Assembly: GCF_001194135.2 (NCBI RefSeq)
Contig: NC_068984.1
Location: 71,503,946 to 71,567,945 of the forward strand
Reading direction: 5' to 3'
Length of the DNA stretch: 64,000 bases
Origin: Octopus bimaculoides
Lineage: Eukaryota
The translations under genes were made by a program, and so were the position numbers. The notes below the pieces were generated by a model. The model was not told the DNA's origin, made no database searches, and saw only the letters and a list, made by a program, of their open reading frames with translations. Below are positions 49,605 through 63,341 of the stretch, one piece after another (the stretch's first letter is position 1; each line of letters starts with the position of its first letter).

Positions 49605-50135
49605 ATGTAGGGCTTCCGAGGCTGGGCTGACTGTTAAGGAATGATGTTAGAGCTGTGAAGTTTATATGCATTAATTCCACATACTCTATGTAAGAATTAC
49701 ACTGTTTCCGACCAGGTAAATTGACATCTGACTGTTTAAAAAGGACGTCAGAAGTGTCTGCTAGTGGTGTCTCTTGAAAAGAGATACAATTTGGCATCGA
49801 GTTGTTATCAAGTATCCGCAGAAAAAAGGGCTTAGCTCCAAAGACAGTCATGCTGACATGGTTGCTACTGTAGAGGATGATGGTTCAGATTTATTAACAG
49901 TGAATAAGTGGGTAGCTTAATTTAGGAGGGGAAGATGACTTAATTTCTCCACGTGCTGCAACTATCAACAACGAAAACATACTGATCATGTTCACATGGT
50001 GATGGGTGATAGGCGATTCACTACAAATCAAACAGCCAATGCCACTAGTATATCACGTGAGCGAAGTGAGAATATTCTGTACAGTAAACTCGGCAAGTTG
50101 CCATGTCTTCTGACACCTGATCAAAAGCGCACCAA
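49605..50135 (+). mobile_element. mariner 5' half (irritans-like), degenerate
   Basis: IWHRVVIKYPQKKGLSSKDSHADMVATVEDD..TVNKWVA*FRRG; VMGDRRFTTNQTANATSISRERSENIL..LLTPDQKRT. Confidence 0.8.
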
Positions 50136-50199
50136 GTTGATAGAATTCGGAATCTGTAAAAGGTCTACCTGTAATAATTCGTGCGTTAGGGACTGTGAA

Positions 50200-50590
50200 T
50201 AATGTTATAGACATATTGTTTAGGGAGATTGAAATGGAATGTACTGTAAATCTTCTATAGAAAATATCCCTTTTAGGAACAGAAGAGATCATCAGAAGCG
50301 CTTGGAAGCTTACTGACAACATGTGAATATCAAAGGCTAAAGGATGTAACCTGCTATCAATATAGGTTATACCAGGAATAGTATCAATCCGTAAATATAA
50401 AGATTGAAACTCAAAAAAGTTGTCATCTGAAGTCATGCACAGTACCAGTATACTCCGTATAATTTGATTGATAAAAAAGGAAACAGAATAAAATTTGCAA
50501 CAAGTACCTGGAAAGCTACCTCTGCAAGAGATACAGAAAATAGTGTTGACTGCCATTGTACATACGTTAAGCAGAGCATTATCAATTAAA
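50200..50590 (+). mobile_element. R4/Dong-like RLE LINE C-terminal remnant
   Basis: LKDVTC, YKD, TVPV and QQVPGKLPLQEIQKIVLTAIVHTLSRALSI resemble the RLE C-terminus (IPG..ELQK..L.GTAHILR.VL). Confidence 0.5.
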
Positions 50591-51011
50591 AAAAAAACTT
50601 GTAAAGATATCTACTGCTTTCTTCATGCCCTAGGGTGACAGCTGTTAACCAATTGACTGATAAGTATGCGTATTTCCAAATTTACCCTCGGATATCTGGA
50701 TAACACTCGGCAAGATATCAAAAAGATGCAGACTTTAAAGTACGTTGCACATGAATATGATATTTTGGAAGAAGAAATGATTGCAGAAGACGTGTTACGA
50801 CGTTATATCGTTAACTATTTTCTTGTATCCTCTTTATATATTCAACATGCAGTATCTTTTCAAATAACTGTACTTTTTTTTACATTTGAAATGAGAATTA
50901 TATTGCAGGTATACCAATAATCTCCCCAGTACAAACAATCTAAAAATGATGACCAAAAATGTTCCATATTCCGTATGAGATAATTACAATGATCCATTTT
51001 AAGTAGGCACA

Positions 51012-51017
51012 ATAATG

Positions 51018-51084
<67 letters not shown>

Positions 51085-51092
51085 TAATAATA
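51012..51092. repeat. (ATA)n microsatellite
   Basis: Directly visible. Confidence 0.95.
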
Positions 51093-51601
51093 AACTTTGA
51101 TTGCAGCTATGTACGACATGCATTTCTTCTGTAATGGCACGATAATTGGTTATATTGCTGTATTAGACTGCAAATTGGTTTGCTCATATAGAGGCATCCA
51201 AATATTCCAGTGAATTGAAATCACAGAAAAAAGTATCTACTATGAACCTTGTCAATTGCATAGAAGTAAATTCCCCTTCAGATTGAAACATCAGAATGCA
51301 AACATGATTATTGGTATCCATTTTGTTTGCGAAATACAAATTGTGGAAGAAAATTGAAGGAAAACAATATTCTCAATGAATAAATTATATGGAAGATAAG
51401 AAATGCTCATTTTTATAATTTCAGATTTTTTTCGTATATTCTCCAATATACAGTAACGAATTGTGTATGTAATTATTGACTTTGTTTTAGGATTCTTATT
51501 AAGAAATACTTAAAAATATGGAAACAGAATTAATATTATTTACCAATAACCTATGTGTACTTGTTCACTAAAACAGACAGCATTTCACTTCTCACCCCTC
51601 C

Positions 51602-51642
<41 letters not shown>

Positions 51643-54514
51643 TTTGTATGTATATATGTGTATATGTATGTATGTATTTATGCGTGTATGTTTGAGCGAC
51701 TATAGATTGACAGCTACATAAATGTAAGTGCATATTCATGAGCATCTGACTATTTCTGAATATGTGTTTAAGTGATGCTTGTTTGCTTACATATATAAAT
51801 GTAAAGATAACAGACATTATACTATTGTTGCTGCCATTAAACTAAGGAATAAATATTTATATGGAATTATAAACAATTGGTAAGTTAATTTCAAGAAAAT
51901 GTTTATTCCGCAATATAATTCAGAATGGATTCACAGCCTAAGTAAAATTGTATTTTTTTTATTCGTACTTCAAATTATATTTAACATAAACAGTATGACA
52001 ATTTGCAAGCAACGTCCATTCATACTACACATTGTTTGAATTATATGAATTTATTATACATCACGTTGATTATCATAATACACAACAATTTAGTGTTTAC
52101 TCGTTCCGAATAATATGTGTTATATATTTTTGACAGGAGGAACTGTCTCTTTATGCTAATGAGAATATATGAAGGAAAAAACAAGATTAGTGAAGTAATT
52201 TCCTTTATCTGGGAGAAACATATCCGCTTAAATATCGTAGGATACTTGACGAAATACGTTACAGTATTTAGCTATACATTTCTTCTTTTAAACAGATTAC
52301 CAGTGGGGCTAATCTGCTTTCTTCACCCATCCCGTGCAAATAAAGTTTGTGACAGTTTTATACAAGTACATTTTCGATCTATTTATCCCATACTTGAAAG
52401 AAGAAAAAGACTATTTGTAGCAATGTCACCATACTTGAAATAACTGATTATAATAGAAAAAATTACGTTTAGATTTTTACACATATTTTAAAATTGCTTT
52501 TGTTTTTTTTTCTTCGATACTATCAATTATACTTGACGCAAAGCTATCCAAGATCTTATTGTTTATTTAGAAACAAAACTTGTCAATCAGTATCCTTTTC
52601 AAGTGACACAAAGTGTAAGTGATGAGAAGTTATTTCGAGTGACAAACACCATCATAGTGAGAGAAAGAGCGAGTGTGTGTGTGTGTGGGGGGGGAGATAG
52701 AGTGAGAGTCTAAGAGAAAAAGATAGAGGAAAAGCGTGGAAATGAAAGATTGTTGCGAACTACTGACTGAATGATCATGAGAGCGCAAGAATTGAATTCG
52801 GTGACCGATTCAACGGGCAATATGTATCTAGAGAGCGTACAAATTGCATAAAACGTTTCTACAATAATGAAGATAAAAATCAACAAAAAGTAACATAACA
52901 TTTCCTTTTTTAGCTTAATCATAGGAAGCTTACTTTGGTAGTATTTCCAGTAAGGGTATAACTATATCTCATGATATTTAACTGAATAGGAATATATACA
53001 CAAGCCAGTGTTTCAACATGCCTGTCTATACCGCTTCTTGTGTGGGCCAAAATATCAGCAGTATCGCAAATCACGAGTTTCAAGTCACCTGCTCTGTTCA
53101 TATCTTGTACAAGATTTGGCTAACTTTTGCAGAAAATGTCGCGAAAGAACTGAGGTCAATTTTGTACACACAACTGTATATTATGCAAACATTTAGAGTA
53201 GAATTGTTGATAAAATGTAGCTCTAATACATTTCTGTAGTAAAACAAAATACATAATACGATTAATATCATTTATAATTATCATCATTTTGATTTTTATT
53301 AGTTTCTTCTAAACTTATATCAGCATTAAATTTCATATACAGTTATTGTATCAGCTATCTGATACAAAATGACACTGAACTTCTCTAAGATGAGATTTAT
53401 GATGAGGTAAAACACAATTTTGTAAATAATTACAAATTAATATTTGGTGAAATACCGTAGAAATAGAACATTTAATGCTATTTAAAGAGTCTGAAAACTA
53501 AATTTATATAGAAATATGAGGCCGCAACTAACATATTTAAGGTGGTATTTTAACGCTTGCTAGTAGTAGTAAGTGTTCTGAAATAAAACGCCTATCCGTT
53601 AAAAGAGTTAACACCCAGCTATCACTGATACACATTAACAACTGAGTTTAGCAGCATGTAAAGAAGCTGCTTCTTCAAAATCAACACAGCACTGTTTCAT
53701 CCGGCATTCAAACTCATCAGGTAAAACACGTGATCCAAATAAAATAGCCACGAATCGAATTAATGCATACTGTGGTGTGTTTGGTGTTTGCTATACTATC
53801 ATTGTTTAGTCTTGCAAAGGAAACAGCAACTTAATGGGTTAGATTTAATGTCACATGTAGTGTATCTGAATCCATAATGCATTTTTGTTTCATGCATGGC
53901 TACATCGTCCAATATGAAATGGATGTTTAGACATGATATTGCTGATATTTGCGGTAGATTTGGCAGCTAATTTCAGAAAGCTGTACTACGTGACTTTGCT
54001 TTGAAAATCTTATTTCGTACAGTTTAATCTTGTATCATTGACAAATTGTTGCGTTCTAGAAGAAATCACTTTCAGAGATGCATCTATATATACGTGAATT
54101 GTTATAAAATTATTTTGCATATTTTTGGATTATTCGGCACAACAATAACTATCTGATATCTGTTTCATAGCTTTCGTCAGCCTGAGTTCACAGTGTCTCT
54201 GTATTTCATAGAGTTCATTAGTGAAGTATTGGATTTGTAATAGTGTCACTTCTATAAGTAATAACATTTTCCTACGTAGCATTATACTACCGAATGAAAA
54301 TTATACATAACAGCATTATGCCTTTTTCTATTATTACACGTTACTTTGATAATACATGTATTTCTCTAACATATCATTGGAAAGATATAGATACAAAAAT
54401 CCTAAAAGCGTTTGAATATTACACACAAAGGGAAACTTAGTCGGTGTATTGCTGAAGTAAGTATTCCGTTGGCACTCAAAATAGAAATTTTGGAGTTCTC
54501 AAAAGAATAAATGC

Positions 54515-54547
<33 letters not shown>

Positions 54548-54607
54548 TATATACATGAATATGTGTGTTTGTGTGTGTGTGTGTATGTATGTGTGTGTGT
54601 GTGTGCA

Positions 54608-54650
<43 letters not shown>

Positions 54651-55533
54651 TTTATGGCTGACAATCAAATTCGATATGAATATATACAAATATGATTGCA
54701 AAAGTGCTTGATTAGTAGCTGCAGTTTTCAACTTAAATCTAAATATTTTTGAATTGACTAACTAAAGAAATGATTCCATTTAATGCTTATATACTTGGAA
54801 TGTATATGCATATGTCACTTTATACTTATTGTACATTGTAAAATGTCACCAATTCCATCTACCTTAATATACTCGCAGACAGTTATAATAAATATACGTT
54901 GTAGTGCTCTCCTCAATCTTCATGTAATTTAGGTTACCCTGAGAAAGTCTGAAAGCACAAATAACTTTTTCAAATCGTTTGTTATGTATATACAGTATAT
55001 GAATCTGCAGCTTTGTCAGTATTTTATAGCAGGATTAAAACTTTTCCATAAATTTATTATTATTATTGGCTGGAAATAAACGAAAATAAGGATAGCCTTT
55101 CTTGCACTAATCTTCAACACACCACTATGTGTACCAGAAATTTATTTAGTTCAATTCCTTCATATGAATTTAGAGGAAATAGAAAATTATATCGGTTAGC
55201 GAGCCATAAACAGACTGAAATGGAGACAGAGTGACAGAGAGAGAACGGAGGAGAGAGAGGAGTGATATCTAGATATAAATATATATATGATCTACACTAA
55301 GTACACAGTCATTAATGAAAAGGAACACATTTCAACAAATATGTTAACTGAATACACTTAATTAAGATTTAATTTGAAATGGTTCCTCCAATACTAAAAA
55401 AAAATTGTAAATTTGTTTTACAGCTACATATAAAAGGAAATTTATATAGTTTCATCTAAATAGGTGCACGAATAGGAAGCATCAACACCCGCACACACTT
55501 TCCCTTTCTCTGTCTCACGCATGTACACGTATA

Positions 55534-56435
55534 CAAAGGGGTAATTAAAGAAACCGGAAACGCTCTCTGTGGGACACGCCCAGTTGTAGTTCAGGCTTCG
55601 ACCGCTGAAAGCCAGATAGAGTGATCCTCAGTTATCAGCCTGCTAACGCGCGTCGTAGAGTGAATTTCTACTGCCACGGGGTGCGTCTTTATTTCAAAGT
55701 GCTTCTCTCTTCTTCGTCGATTTTTGCTATGGCTGAAGCGAAGGAACTACGTGCTTCAGTGAAATTCTGTTTTCTGCTGGGCAAAACGGCAGCCGAAAGA
55801 GATGTCACGCTTCAAACAGTTTNNNNNNNNNNGCTTTAGGATGGTCACTTGTCACTTGAAAACCAACCACGTTCTGGGTGGCTATCGAGCTCCCTAACGA
55901 GTGGAAACACCATGAAAGTTCATGAACTAATCTTGAAGGACCGTCGCTGAACAATTGATGAACATGTTGATATGACTAATGTATCCTGAAGTACCTGCCA
56001 ATGAATTTCGAGCAAGGAATTGCGAATGAAAAGTGTTGCAGCAAAATATGTGTCTCGATTAAAATTTGATCCGACCCATTTTCTGAAGGTCATCTCTGGT
56101 AACAAAAACTGGGGCTACAGGTATGACGCAGAAACGTGGCAGCCGTCAAGTCCATGGAAGCATTCAATAGCACCACGCTTAAAGAAAGACGAATCGAGTG
56201 AAATCTAATGTCCAGGCGATGCTGATATGTTTCATCGATGCGCAAGGAATTGCCCACACAGACTTAGTTTTTCTTGGCCAAACTGTTAATCAGACTTTCT
56301 GCTCGGCAGTTCTGAAATGTTTGCGAGACATGGTGAGAGAAAAACGCCCCGACATGCAGCAAAGTGGAGAGTGGTACGTTCATCACGACAATGCACCTGC
56401 AAACACAGCCCTCATTGAGAGATAGTTTTTTGACA
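55534..56435 (+). mobile_element. mariner remnant, third distinct lineage, with 5' TIR and TA
   Basis: TA|CAAAGGGGTAATTAAAGAAACCGG; MAEAKELRASVKFCFLLGKTAAE; KSNVQAMLICFIDAQGI..GQTVNQTF..WYVHHDNAPANTAL; 3'-truncated. Confidence 0.88.
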
Positions 56436-57934
56436 GTTTTGTCTGCATTATTTCAGTGAGTATGTAAACCTTTGTAGTATAAGCTCATAAAGCCCTGGTG
56501 AGATTCTGTCCCATATAGTTGATAATGATGAACAATACTTAGCGTATAACCAATTCTTAGCATATGACCCTACCCAAATGCTAAGAATTACTAATTACAG
56601 ACGAGCCTATTTTATAATAATTGAACTATTAAAATTAATACTATATACAATTTTACGTTATCTTACATAGAAGCTTAGATACTGTACATTGCGTAAATGA
56701 ATTATTTACTCTTTGTATTAAACACTTCAATAGGAATTAATCTTATTGTATAACAATTAAAATTTATCATAGTTAATAATTCAAATATTTGAATGTCTTT
56801 CTGAATTTATGGCCACATCTTAAAGTAAGTGCCCTTTAAACTACAAGGGGATTAATTTAGAAGTAATTATATAACTTCATTATAATTTTATTTTATTTAT
56901 ATATAATTTTATTTAATTAGCATGGTATTTTTCATCTTTTATTTTTATAAAGTAAATTACATATTCAATGATGTCACTCTTTGTTAAACTAATGTCTAAA
57001 GTTAAATTTGATTTGGCGTTTCTTTATGTTAGTATTTAGTAACAGCTAATTTTTTTGTATATATTCAGTTGGAATTTTACCAATTTGGATTGCCTTGATA
57101 ATGTTGTGTTGGATTATATTTTCGTAGATATCATCATTAATTTTAATAATATTTTATATAATATTTTGTATATAAAAGAGTGTGTATGTGCGCGCATGTT
57201 TGTGTGTATAAATACATCTGTGTGTATGTATGTATGTCTGTATGTTAAAACCCCCAAAACAATTCTTGGATTTTAAGATGCGATCTAAAATAAAGATATG
57301 ATTTTCTTCGTACATATTACAATTTACTGTTAAATACTTTTGTTCTCCAAGAAGATTATAGAATTTACCTGTGATACATGAGGATTTACCTGGGATTTGT
57401 ATTGTACTTACATTTACTTGTATTAGATTGCTGGTAATAGTGAGTTATGGAAAGTCAGACAGCAACCATTGGTTTCATACGTATATAACTGTTAGGCTGG
57501 GGGTAAATAACGTCCCTACAACTGAAGGAAGTAATGTGTTATAGCCAATTAAGACTGTGATATATCTCGAAACAAAATTCCCCTGACAAAAAGTCTGGTT
57601 GAGGTGGAGTGATACCCCTTTGATGAGTCCTATTGGCATCTAAAACTGACCTGTGTATAGAGGGTTGCCTCTCCATAGTCAGTAAGTGAGAATTCCTTTC
57701 CTCCAACACGAATGTCCTTTGATGATAGCAATTACTTAATATTTTTCCAAGTAAGTCCCGGTTATTCTAGGAGCCTTCTCATAATTATTTGTGTTGTAGC
57801 CTCATCTTGTAAACGCCATACGTATTCTGGCAAACGGCGTGATTTTGCGCCTCTCATATCCTAAAAGCAGACCTAATTATTCAGACGTTGCTTGAACTGA
57901 GCCTCTGTAGATCACACATATTGCCATGACAAAG

Positions 57935-58260
57935 CCCTTGAGCTGGCGGTGTTGGAGCTGTTGTTGTTACCGTTGTTACAGCTGCCGTTGCTGTTATCAA
58001 TGGCGGGGTTGTTGTCGGTGATATTGCCGCCGTTGTTGCTGTTATTGCTGGACGGAATGCTGCTGCTGTAATTGTTGCTGCTTTTGCCACTATCACTGTC
58101 TCCATTGCTCCCACTATAAGACTCCTTGTTGCTGCTGCTGATGTTGCCGTTGCCGCTGCCATTGCCGCTACTGCAGTACTGCAGTTGTCTCTGTTTCTTT
58201 TAGCGGCGGATACACTTTTGGTGCTGTTGTTGTTGCTGCTAATTCTGCCGGTGTGTCCAG
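57935..58260. repeat. Degenerate (GCT/GTT/GCC)n triplet low-complexity tract
   Basis: Directly visible; similar tracts occur at about 25560-25740 and 25990-26270. Confidence 0.8.
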
Positions 58261-58351
58261 TGATACCGCACCGTCAGCTTCATATAAACCACAGCTTCTG
58301 AGTAGCATCGACCACTCTACTTGACACTCATTGTTAATCCTATATCAGCAT

Positions 58352-58413
<62 letters not shown>

Positions 58414-58960
58414 CATGTGTGTGTGTAAGTAATGTTTATCGCCATATCAATGTGGGTGTTCCATGTTGCTAGGGTTTGTGACACAATTAAGAACCTACTT
58501 TAGCTGGTTACCGATGCAAACTGATTGTCGATTGATTTTCAATATATTGCGAGCTGGTGCGAATTCATGCTATATCTAGCGGCCAGGCGTTCACCTCTGA
58601 TAATAGGTAGAAATAGATTGAAAGCGTTCGGGCTGGTGAGCTTGTCTTCTGCGACGAGAGGATAGAGGCTCGCTCGCATTTCTGCAATATATACCGTTAT
58701 AGAATTCATCGATAACCAGCTGGAGGAGGTTCTTCCGGGTTTACAACTGTAGTAACGGTGAACAGCAATATTTATGTGGCGATTAACTTTACTTCTTAAT
58801 ATATTTACTACTTTCGTATCTTAAAGACCTGTGTGTTTGTGTGTGTGTGTGTATGTGTGTATTTGTGTATGCGTGCGCGCGTGTGCATGTATGTATATTT
58901 GACCGTTGACTGAACACTATTCATTTTTTTTTCTCCGTGTTTTTCTCCTTGTCTCCGTAT

Positions 58961-58997
58961 TCTTTCTGTTGAAGAGCGTAGCTCGAAACGTCAAAGA
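58961..58997 (+). ncRNA. Minimal type I hammerhead-ribozyme-like motif within a Penelope-associated repeat (about 58920-59090)
   Basis: TCTTT (stem I) CTGTTGA A GAG-CGTAG-CTC (stem II) GAAA CGT C^ AAAGA (stem I'); palindromic ACGT stem III; the core differs from CUGANGA at one position. Confidence 0.55.
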
Positions 58998-59085
58998 CTT
59001 TCCGTATTCCCGAGCGTCATACTAATATATACTTTTGTTATTTACACCACCTGTCCTCGTCTGTTGTTATTATTTGTATATTCTC

Positions 59086-59126
<41 letters not shown>

Positions 59127-59949
59127 CAGGTATGGCAATATGTTCTATTAAATTTGAAATCAATTATTTCAGTTTGTATGCTCCATCAACATTAACACAA
59201 TGAGAATCATGCGATATCGGTTCTTTGTCAGAACTTTATTTTCTTTTAATACAATCTAAAATCTCTCACGTCCAGTCTTTCGAAAATGATTTATTTGCAA
59301 TGAATAATTATGAAATATCGTTCTGAAGAAATGAAACAAATATATTGAAATATAAAATTGCCGCCATGTCAATACCGATTTCGCAGCTTTAAGTACGTAG
59401 CTTCTATGAGTATGAATGAGTATACGTTGTGTACAACTGAATGCTAGAACACAGAAACACCAAACGCTCGAATTTTGCGTCGACAATCCTATTTCATAAA
59501 CTTTCTCAAATCTTCCTCACATTTTGTCGGTTCCTTTTCTTTAGCTCACTTGGCTTCTCTCCTCCACTCACTTGACACGTTTACTGCTTAACCCACAATG
59601 CTATACATTTCCTGTAACTAAAATTATTTAACGATTTTCTTAGTTGTCCATACACTCAGTTGAGCGTCACACTCTTTCTGATTGCAAGATTCTGATGCTG
59701 GCCTCATCGTCTTCTAACTTGTCATCGTCTTAAGAGCTAACCGTACTACGGAGAGCAGATCGTGTGATGGCGTTCAATCAATTAATACGTTGCTTCGGAA
59801 GTTCCCGTTAGTCACCCTTCCTTTCATACATTTAGCCGAGCACTGTTCATTGTTTGCTTTAACGCAAAACTCATTCTCTGTTTGTATGGATGCAAATTCT
59901 TCGTATTCCTCGAAACCCTGCGTTACCGTGCCCGGCATCATAATCGAAA

Positions 59950-60950
59950 GCTGTTCTATCTAGAAATAATTCCTCAGCGACATGTTGTATTAGAAGCCTA
60001 TCTGAATGGTAGAGATTCGCCCTCTTGCAATATTGGGGCGATTTGCGTGATAGTGTCTTACAGCAATCATATTTTCATTTGGCCTATGTCTAACTCTGAA
60101 AAAGCTTCTGAAGGTCAACCAGCCGAGTACATTTTTCACTACAATCGAACGTAGTGCGGTGCTATTGACCAGCTGTAGCATGTCCGCCGGCTCTGTTCTA
60201 GGAATGACTCAGCACACGTACAATTTCAGTGGCAGCCCCAGTCCTACTTTGTCTCGATATCACAGTTTGTGCAGGTTTATAATCGATCATCATGAGGTAC
60301 GATATTCTCTGGTAATGCATCAGATCAATTGCCAATCTCTTTCAATCTTTCTGCACCTGAATTTCCCTGTTTCATGAAGATTGTATAACCAGTAGAATGA
60401 CTGACACCGGTCATATATTCCGACCAATTCCCAAATGGTTTCCCCTCGTATATGGAGCATGCTGTGCTGTTTCTGAAAATCTGGATACGTAAAATTCCAA
60501 CAGTGAGAATCTCTAGCATCTCCAGTCAAGGCTTTTTGTAACTGGAAAGTATATTCCTCTTTTCTTTTTTCCATGCTATATGGAAAAAAAAGAATCTTCA
60601 GGCTGGACTCAGCTTTTACATGATTTTTATATAAAGATTTACTACCATTTCTGCAGCCTATATGGTTGTGTCTTCTTCTGAATTGGGATCCGTGATACTA
60701 TTAGTTCGCATACCGTGCCTAAATTAGTTCGAATGTCGATAGTTTTTGGCCACTTTCTCAGTGCCAGATTTACCACCTTCCACACAAGGTATAACCTAGC
60801 TTTACTCATATAATTGCAATCATTTTCGCCATGAGCCATATTTAATCCTTCGCCTCAGTAGCAACTATTTCCACAACGACTTCTATCACTGTAAAACTTG
60901 CATCACATCATGCACTCGCTTTTCTCATATTTGGCCACATACCAACATCC
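59950..60950 (-). mobile_element. Probable dead PIF/Harbinger transposase
   Basis: Collinear frameshifted fragments VKLGYTL..ES, TVCELIV, DA..ILTVG..QIFRNS, VGLGLPLKLY and RSIVVKNVLGWL resemble Harbinger motifs in the expected order; the catalytic D and E appear lost. Confidence 0.42.
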
Positions 60951-63054
60951 TATTACTGAGTTCCTTTACTCTCACTATCTCCAGAAATATTGCATTATGA
61001 CAAAAGTGCCTCTCCCACCCCATGACCCGAGCTTAACCATTTGACTCACTTCTTTATATTGTTATATGCACTCTAGACACATCTGCAAAGGGATAGTAGT
61101 TGCTTCTCTAAAGCAAGAGCCTGTCCAGCTTTTCTCTCCCCCAGCTTCATTCCAAACTCTGTGATTTCGCAATAAACCCAAACCTTCTAAGAATTATTCC
61201 CATCCTCCATTGCCAAAATTGCTATCTCATCAAGTAAAATATCTATAGTTGAAGTTGTGGCATCCTTCATCTGGGCCATATTTCCTAAGTCCCCATATGA
61301 CCAAATACCTGAGTTTTGAAGTTGAATTCAACCCGACTCTCAAACTTATCAGACTGTGCGTATTGCATTTGTATCGCGCCAGCGGCAAATTCCACAACGT
61401 TTAAAGTGGTGTGGAGTTGTAGATATGATTATTTATATCAGCAATGCAGAATCTGACAGGTTCTCCTCACTATTATTTTCAACTTCACCGACCATATTAT
61501 GCGTTGTATGTTCATTCGGCTCCTGAAATATATCATGTGCCGGGGTTTCGCTTTTTTGTGCTGAAACTCTACTATCGAAAACAGAAATTAACCTGTTCTG
61601 TCGATCTATTTAGTTTCCTCTCGGTATTTCTCCTAGTATAGGACTTCAAGGAATGTTCTAGCAGCTCACATTAGATTTAACGTTGTCGTTCCCGTAATGT
61701 ATATTTTATCTCGAACGGCCAACTTTTCGAGTTTGCCTTTGGCTTTACTTTTCTCGGTGCTCGATCGTCTATCCCACAACCATTTCCTCTGCCTCATTAT
61801 AACAGAACACGTGGCAATTTCCACAAATTCTATTTCTGTTTCTTGACGACCACGGCAGTATGTAGCTAACAAATCCCACCCATAGCCAATACAACATCAA
61901 TTACATCAATGGCCTTCTCGACTACGATCACTTAAACTTTACATCATCTCCACCATCTGTCGCTTATTATACTTAACTAACTTTCGGTGATTTCACAGAT
62001 ATTTTCCTTTTAATTTGATGTTTTGCTCTATATTTAATTGGCTAACATTAGCTTCATGGAACATTGTCCGTTGTCTAAAATAAAGGGGCTTACAGAATCA
62101 TATGTTAAGCAAGTATTTCTTTAAGTATTTCTTTAAGCACGTCACTCGAAATTCGTAATCAGTAGCCTAACGAATGAGGATTTTATTTGTGATAGTAGGA
62201 GAGAGATTACCGTAAATGTCAAAGTATTATATAAAATGATTACAACGTAGTTTAACAGATATTCTAACAAATTCGTTTTCGTCATCACACACATCTAATG
62301 CATTATTGTGTTATGAATTATATTTAACATCGTACGGGCAATATTGTCTGCTTAAAACTGAAACGGAAGACTGTACAGGGTTAATTGCTATTGCACATTG
62401 CTTATACACATACGCACAAAACAGAACATACATACACGTATATATAATATTTATATATGTAACTGTCTAGCTATCTATATGAGTATGTCTGATTTATTTA
62501 TAATATATATGCATACACATACACATACGCACATATGAAGGCATGTGCCTATAGACTCATTTGACGACGAATGTAGGATATTCCTAACAGTTATCATTAA
62601 TAAATTTACTCTCTCTGCTTCAAATGTATTAAATCTGATTGCAGACCAAAATTTTCATATTTACAAGTTGTCATATATTTATTAAACACTTTATACTGTT
62701 AGTTATATGTTTCATGTCATTTGTGCTCTTTTTGCTGTTGTTAGTAATGCTATAAATTTTGTTTTTCTCGCCTTAAATCATTTTAATTATTCCGTTCCCA
62801 TTCGTTTCCACACACGAACGGCATTTTCTTTCATTCACAAGGTTAATAAACTTGCGAGTTTTGAAAGTGTGTTGATTTTTAAATATCTGACAGCAATTAA
62901 TATTGAATAGAACGCGTCAGAAATATTTCCTAGATAAATTCACTAAAGTTAGTTTCATATTTTTATAAGTGTTTTCAAATATCATGTCTTCTTGCACTAT
63001 GTAAATACATTAGTTTGAAAATATAGATGAATTAAATGAATCTAAATTGATGCC

Positions 63055-63055
63055 A

Positions 63056-63111
<56 letters not shown>

Positions 63112-63161
63112 CATATATGTGCGTGTATAAATCTCTCTCTCTCTCTCTCTCTCTTTATCTC

Positions 63162-63260
<99 letters not shown>

Positions 63261-63297
63261 NNNNNNNNNNNNNNNNNNNNNNNNNNNNNNNNNNNNN

Positions 63298-63340
<43 letters not shown>
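63055..63340. repeat. Compound microsatellite (ATCT)n/(CT)n/(TA)n spanning a gap
   Basis: Directly visible. Confidence 0.97.

Positions 63341-63341
<1 letters not shown>

Noticed and set aside
57881-58162. Ala/Thr-rich mucin-like ORF
   Set aside because: Arises from a degenerate GCT/GTT triplet tract; similar tracts occur elsewhere in the window; no splice or homology support.
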